Assembly: GCA_963716725.1 (NCBI GenBank)
Contig: CAVQUB010000030.1
Location: 49,690-113,689 of the forward strand
Direction: 5' to 3'
Length of the DNA: 64,000 nucleotides
DNA from: an uncultured delta proteobacterium
GTDB lineage: Bacteria > Myxococcota_A > Polyangia > Polyangiales > Polyangiaceae
The translations under genes were made by a program, and so were the position numbers. Within the stretch, counting starts at the first letter, position 1. Each line of letters begins with the position of its first letter. The notes under the pieces were generated by a model. That model ran no database searches and was not told where the DNA came from. It was given only the letters and a program-made list of their open reading frames with translations. Positions 59,122 through 64,000 of the stretch are shown here, piece after piece.

Positions 59122-59538
59122 TCAGGGTTTCTTCTGTACGTGACCGGCGCCATGGATGCGCTGCCGGAGCTCGTCGCTGACCGGCGTCTTCTTGCCCACC
59201 CGATAGTCGAACACGACAATGACGCTCTCGCCTCTGGCGACCACGGCCCCGTTCTGCGCCTCGCTCACGATCTCGTAGCTCAGTGTGATCGAGGTCGTGC
59301 CGACCCGGGTCGCGCTCACCGACACCGAGACCCGATCCGGATAGACCAGGGGGGCGATGAAGTCGATGGATTGACGAGCGAGGATCGCGCCGACGCCATC
59401 GTCGCCGAGCAGGCCGACGCGCTCGAAGTAGGCGATGCGTGCTTGCTCGAGCCAGCGCGAATACACCGCGTTGTTGACGTGCGCGAGCGAATCCATGTCG
59501 CCCCAGAAAACAGCGAGCTCGATGCGTGCCGAGACCAT
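59122..59538 (-). CDS. Acyl-CoA thioesterase (4HBT/YbgC hotdog fold)
   Basis: WGDMDSLAHVNNAVYSRWLEQAR, IDFIAPLVYPD. Confidence 0.9.
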   Translation of the reverse strand: MVSARIELAVFWGDMDSLAHVNNAVYSRWLEQARIAYFERVGLLGDDGVGAILARQSIDFIAPLVYPDRVSVSVSATRVGTTSITLSYEIVSEAQNGAVVARGESVIVVFDYRVGKKTPVSDELRQRIHGAGHVQKKP

Positions 59539-59707
59539 GGTCGGCGAGCGTGGCGGAGGCGGGCGACGACCACAAGTCGAGGCCGTCTCGACCCAGAGGC
59601 CGGGCCGCCCGGGAGCTGCCCGGCTTCGCCCTGGCACCTACGCAGTGCTGCTCTGCGCCGTGCTCTTCGAGCAGGTGGACCTGCTCATTCGCGTTGGAGC
59701 CCGGCGC

Positions 59708-62495
59708 TCAGTTCTGGTTTCGGCAGCAGAGGGCGCCGGCGGTCGTGTTTCCGGAGCAGCCACCGAAGTGCTCGGCGGGCGTGGGCTGCCCAGACCGCAG
59801 CCGCTCCAGTTGCAGGCGTTGCCCTCCGGGTCGATGGACATGCCCCGCCGCGTCGGGGAGGCAGACGCGCATCGGGGTGGAGGCGCCGCAATCAGTTCCG
59901 GTCGACACCGACACCGAGCAGGAGCTGGGCGTGCCGTTGTACTTCAGCGCGTCGTTCGTCCAGTAATGGTGGGACGGGATCTGCCCGCCACGCTTCGCGA
60001 CCCACTGGGCCGCGGTGCACACGTAGCTGCCGGTGGGGCAGAGCGCCGCGCGCTGATCGAAGGTGACCTTGCCGGCGCAGCCGATCATGCCGTCTCCGAA
60101 GGCCTGCTCGACCGAGCCGTCGGCGCAGGTTTGGGTCGGGCAGCAGAGGACGCCGGCCGTCGCGTCGTCGCAGCCGCCCATGTGGTCGTTCTCGAGCTTG
60201 GTGCCGAACCCGCAGCCGTAGTTGTGTGCAGGAGTTGCCCTGCGCATCGACGCTGACACCCGTCTTGGCGTCCTTGCAGACGTGCGCCGGCGCGGTCTTG
60301 CACGAGTTAGAGGCGGTCTTGGTCGTCACCAAGCAGGAATAGTTGGGGCCGTCGTCGTACTGCAGTGCGTCGTTGGTCCAGTAGTGGTGGCTGGGGGCCG
60401 CCGCGCCACGGAGCTTGTTCCACTGAGTCGCGGTGCAGACCTGATAGCCCGCCGAGCAGTAGCTACTTCGGACGGCGTAGGAGATGTGGTTGGCGCAGCC
60501 GACCATTCCGCCCTGGAAGCCGTCCGCGACCGCGCTCTTGTAGCAGGCTGGATAGCAGACGGTGTGGGCCTGGCCGGTGCCAGCACCGGTGCAGGTCGCG
60601 TTGCACGTTCCGCAGTTGTCCACCATGCCATCGTCGCAGGTCTCGGTGTCGGGGCACAGCGTTCCGTCGCCACAGTACGAGCCGCTACCGACCGCGGTGC
60701 AGGTGGCGTTGCAGGCACCGCAGGCCGTGGCGAAGCCGTCGTCGCATTTCTCGGTCTCGGGACACACCGTGCCGTCGCCGCATTTGGAGCCAGTGCCAGT
60801 GGCAGTGCAATTGGCATTGCAGGGGCCGCAATTGTTGGTGCCGCCATCGTCGCATTTCTCGGTGTCGGGGCAGAGCACGCCGTCGCCGCAGAGGGAGCTG
60901 GTGCCCGGACCGGTGCAGGTGGCGTTGCACACGCCGCAGGCGGTGGTGAAGCCGTCGTCGCACTTCTCGGTCTCGGGGCACAGCGTGCCGTCGCCGCACT
61001 TCGACCCCGTGCCGGGGCCGGTGCAGGTCGAGTTGCAGGGGCCGCAGTTGCTGGTGCCGCCGTCGTCGCAGGTTTCGAGGGCGTCGATGACCCCGTTGCC
61101 GCAGATGCAACTCACGCCCGTGCCCGGCCCGCTGCAGTTGGAGTTGCAGGCGCCACAGTCGTTGGTCTGGCCGTCGTCGCACTTCTCGGTGTCCGGGCAG
61201 ACGACGTTGTCGCCGCAGGTCGAGCCTGTACCCGTGGCGGTGCAGGTGGCGTTGCAGGCGCCACAGGCAGAGGTGAAGCCGTCATCGCACTTCTCGGTGT
61301 CGGCACACACCGCGCCGTCGCCGCACTTCGACCCCGTGCCGGTTCCCGAGCAGGTGGCGTTGCAGGCGCCGCAGGCGGAGGTGAAGCCGTCGTCGCACTT
61401 CTCGGTGTCGGGACACACGGCTCCGTCGCCGCAGGTCGAGCCGGTGCCCGGTCCGGTGCAGCTGGCGTTGCAGGGCCCGCAGGGATTGGTGCCGCTGTCG
61501 TCGCAGGTCTCGGTGTCGGGACACAGCGCTCCGTCGCCGCAGATCGAGCCGGTGCCCGGTCCGGTGCAGGTGGCGTTGCACGAACCGCAGGCGGAGGTGA
61601 ATCCGTCGTCGCATTTCTCGGCTTCGGGGCAGACCTTGCCGTCGCCGCAGGTCGAGCCCGTGCCCGGTCCGGTGCAGGTGGCGTTGCAGGGCCCGCAGTC
61701 GTTGCTGCCGCCATCGTCGCAGGTTTCGCCCGAGTCGATCTTGCCGTTGCCGCAGACGCAGCTCCCGCCTGTGCCCGCCGCCGTGCAGGTGGCGTTGCAG
61801 GCGCCGCAGTCGTTGGTCTGGCCGTCGTCGCACTTCTCGGTGTCCGCGCATACGACGTTGTCGCCGCAAATGGAGCCGGTACCCGGCCCGGTGCAGGTGG
61901 CGTTGCAAGCGCCGCAGTCGGTTTTGAAGCCGTCGTCGCACTTCTCTGTCTCGGGGCACACCTGCCCGTCGCCGCAGAGCGATCCCGTCCCGGGCCCGCT
62001 GCAGTCCTGGTTGCAAGCGCCGCAGTCGCTGGTGCCGCTGTCGTCGCACTTCTCCGTGTCCGGACAAACGAAGCCGTCGCCGCAGAGCGATCCCGTCCCG
62101 GGCCCGCTACAGTCTTTGTTGCAGGGACCACAGTCGTTGGTCCCGCCGTCGTCGCAGGCTTCGCCGCTGTCGATCACCGCGTTGCCGCACGGCGCGCCGC
62201 CGCCGGTGCCTCCGGTCGAACCGCCGCTGCCCGCTGCGCCGCCGCTGCCGGCCGCTCCGCCGGCGCCCGCCGCGCCGCCGATCGAACCACCGCTGCCGGC
62301 CGCTCCGCCGGTGCCCGCCGCGCCCCCGGTCGTGCCCCCGCTGCCACCGACCGAAGCGTCGCCGCCGGCCGTGCCGCCGGTGCCGCCGGTGCCCGACTCG
62401 TACTCGCGATCTCCGCTGCAACCCGGCGTGGCAGCGCTGGCCAGGCTCACCACGCCACCGAAGAAGACCAACGTGAACGTTTTCTTGAGGCTCAT
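59708..62495 (-). pseudogene. Cys-rich repeat lipoprotein with duplicated C-terminal domain, broken by three indels (likely sequencing error)
   Basis: MSLKKTF..ATPGC, Gly linker, 15 Cys repeats, two SHHYWTNDAL-containing domains spread over three frames; shifts near 60225, 59845 and 59784. Confidence 0.75.
60565..62190 (-). repeat. About 108-bp (36-aa) tandem Cys-rich repeats, 15 copies
   Basis: Consensus CGDGxVCPDTEKCDDGxTxxCGxCNATCTGPGTGSx; 15 CDD cores counted. Confidence 0.9.
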
Positions 62496-62664
62496 GGGCG
62501 TCCTTGCAGGGTGTCGCCGGTCGAAGCAGCAGACCGACGGTCGGTAGCCGGAACCCCACCCCACACGACGGTGTTGCGACGGTCTGGCTCCCGAGGCCGA
62601 ACGAAACTTGTACCACGAATCGCGGCGACCTCACGCCCTGCGTGACGCGAGCGGCCGGTCCGCC

Positions 62665-63724
62665 TCGAAATCGGCCCACCACGCCCGCGCTCTTGTACCC
62701 AATCCAGGGAGTGACCCGGAGCGCCGGGGCGCGGGCGCTCTGGCTCTTGGGGGCCAGCAGCAGCAGCGTCACGCCGGTCGCGACACCCAAGCCGCCGATG
62801 ACGAAGCCGGCGACTGACAGCGTCGAGGCGCTCTTTGCGTCCTCGTCCAACGACTCGATCTCGGACTTCTTGTCCTCGGGGCACTTGGCGCCGGGCAAGG
62901 TGCACAGGTCGTCGGCTTCTCCACGCTTGCTGGACGCTGACAGCGCGAAGTAAGTGCCGCCGATGAGCCCGACGGCGCCGACGCCCAGCGCCACGTAGCC
63001 GCCGATCCGCATCCCGTTGGGGCTTGCACCGGCGTCAGGCGGCGGGGTCTCGCCGCCGGGGTGCTGCTCTGGGGTCTGGTCGGGGCCCGTCACGGGAGGT
63101 GCACCCGCCGCACCCGGCTTGGCGACTAAGGTGAGCGCGACGATTTCTTTGGCGCTCTCTTTCACGCTGACCGTGACGACATCTGATTCCATGCCCTTCG
63201 CGAAGGCCTGGAACTTGTGGTCGCCCGGGATCGACCGGCCGCCGGACGCCAACCAGCGCGCTGGGGATCTGCGCGCCGTTCATGGTCACGGTGACCGGTG
63301 CGTCTCCAGCGCCTTGTACGTTCACGGTCACGTAAGGGAGGCGGGGTTCGAGCACCGCGAGCTCGGCTTCAGCAGCCTGCTTGGCCTCGGTGAACGCGGC
63401 GGGCGCGTCGTCCGCCAGCTGCATCCGCTTGACTTGTAGGTAGTTCTCCCGGGCCTTGACCAACTGCCCGAGCTTCTCCTGGGCCCGGGCGATGTAGAGC
63501 AGATGAGGGGGAGCCTTCACCAGGGCCTGTGCCCGCGAGAAGAGGTCGACGGCGTCCGCCCAGCGCCCCTCGTTGAACGCCTTTGCGCCGTCTCTGGCCG
63601 CCGTGCGCGCTCCGGCGCGCTCTTCGTCGGACTGCGCCCAGGAGCGACTCGGTACCGAGAGCATCACCAGCAGCAGGGTTGCGGCGGCGAAGGGTCTCCG
63701 CATGCTTCGATTCGTGGTCGACAT
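62665..63724 (-). pseudogene. TPR plus PEGA-like exported protein, frameshifted (likely sequencing error)
   Basis: Signal peptide, TPR-like FNEGRWADAVDLF, RPVDPG joined to DHKFQAFAKG by removing one base at 63224-63226; Gly-rich hairpin ending GVVGRF, followed by CGA where a stop is expected. Confidence 0.72.
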
Positions 63725-63822
63725 GGTGGCGTAGCCTAGCTCAGACCCCGGGTGTCCGGATACCAGCGGACGCCGGGGAAAAATCCGCGGATCCATCCCC
63801 TCCGTTCCGCTACGCTGTGGGG

Positions 63823-64000
63823 GTGACCGACAGCGGACACCGAAGCCCCAAGGCGCAGGACGACAGCCCGCCGACGCTCGTGATGCGGCCCTCCGAGCGC
63901 CCCCAGCTCCCGGCGGATCCCACGAACCTGATGACGGCCTACGCGCCGCCCAGCGAAGATCTGCTGGAGCTCGCTCGCTACGAGTCGCCCGATTCTGGAT
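63823..64000 (+). CDS. 5' end of a hypothetical protein (runs off the right edge)
   Basis: Open frame from GTG 63823 (MTDSGHRSPKAQDDSPPTLVMRPSERP...), TACGCT 6 nt upstream. Confidence 0.5.
   Translation, partial: MTDSGHRSPKAQDDSPPTLVMRPSERPQLPADPTNLMTAYAPPSEDLLELARYESPDSG

Noticed and set aside
60565..62190. 108-bp periodic repeats as CRISPR or mobile element
   Set aside because: Degenerate mainly at third codon positions and encode Cys-rich protein repeats.
62107..62664. C-terminal extension of the PEGA-like ORF past GVVGRF
   Set aside because: Arg-rich off-frame overlap with the next gene; better explained by a lost stop.

Overview
High-GC, gene-dense chromosomal window whose content (Cys/Gly-rich lipoproteins, MYXO-CTERM proteins, a Ser/Thr kinase, an FHA-sigma54 activator, PEGA and AgmX/PglI-type proteins) points to a myxobacterium, probably Polyangiales (inference). 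Housekeeping genes (fdhD, dapE, dapD, ndk, sucD, sucC, mdh, cls, glgX, mgtE, SulP) are interleaved with accessory surface-protein genes. No rRNA, tRNA, CRISPR array, integrase or transposase was recognised. Main observations: (1) a 1141-aa apparent polyprotein in which a Zn-phospholipase-C-like domain with an internal MYXO-CTERM runs directly into a second lipoprotein signal peptide; (2) a head-to-head HxsB and HxsC-like radical SAM pair between sucD and ndk with no visible precursor; (3) an orphan 3' end of isocitrate dehydrogenase resembling an integration scar; (4) a small exported protein with six xCL motifs; (5) many apparently leaderless genes (TAnnnT 6-10 nt before the start); (6) an AckA-PduL fusion and an ACC-synthase-like aminotransferase; (7) single-base indels clustered in the last 11 kb, probably sequencing error. 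All family calls come from motif recognition by eye, with no database search.
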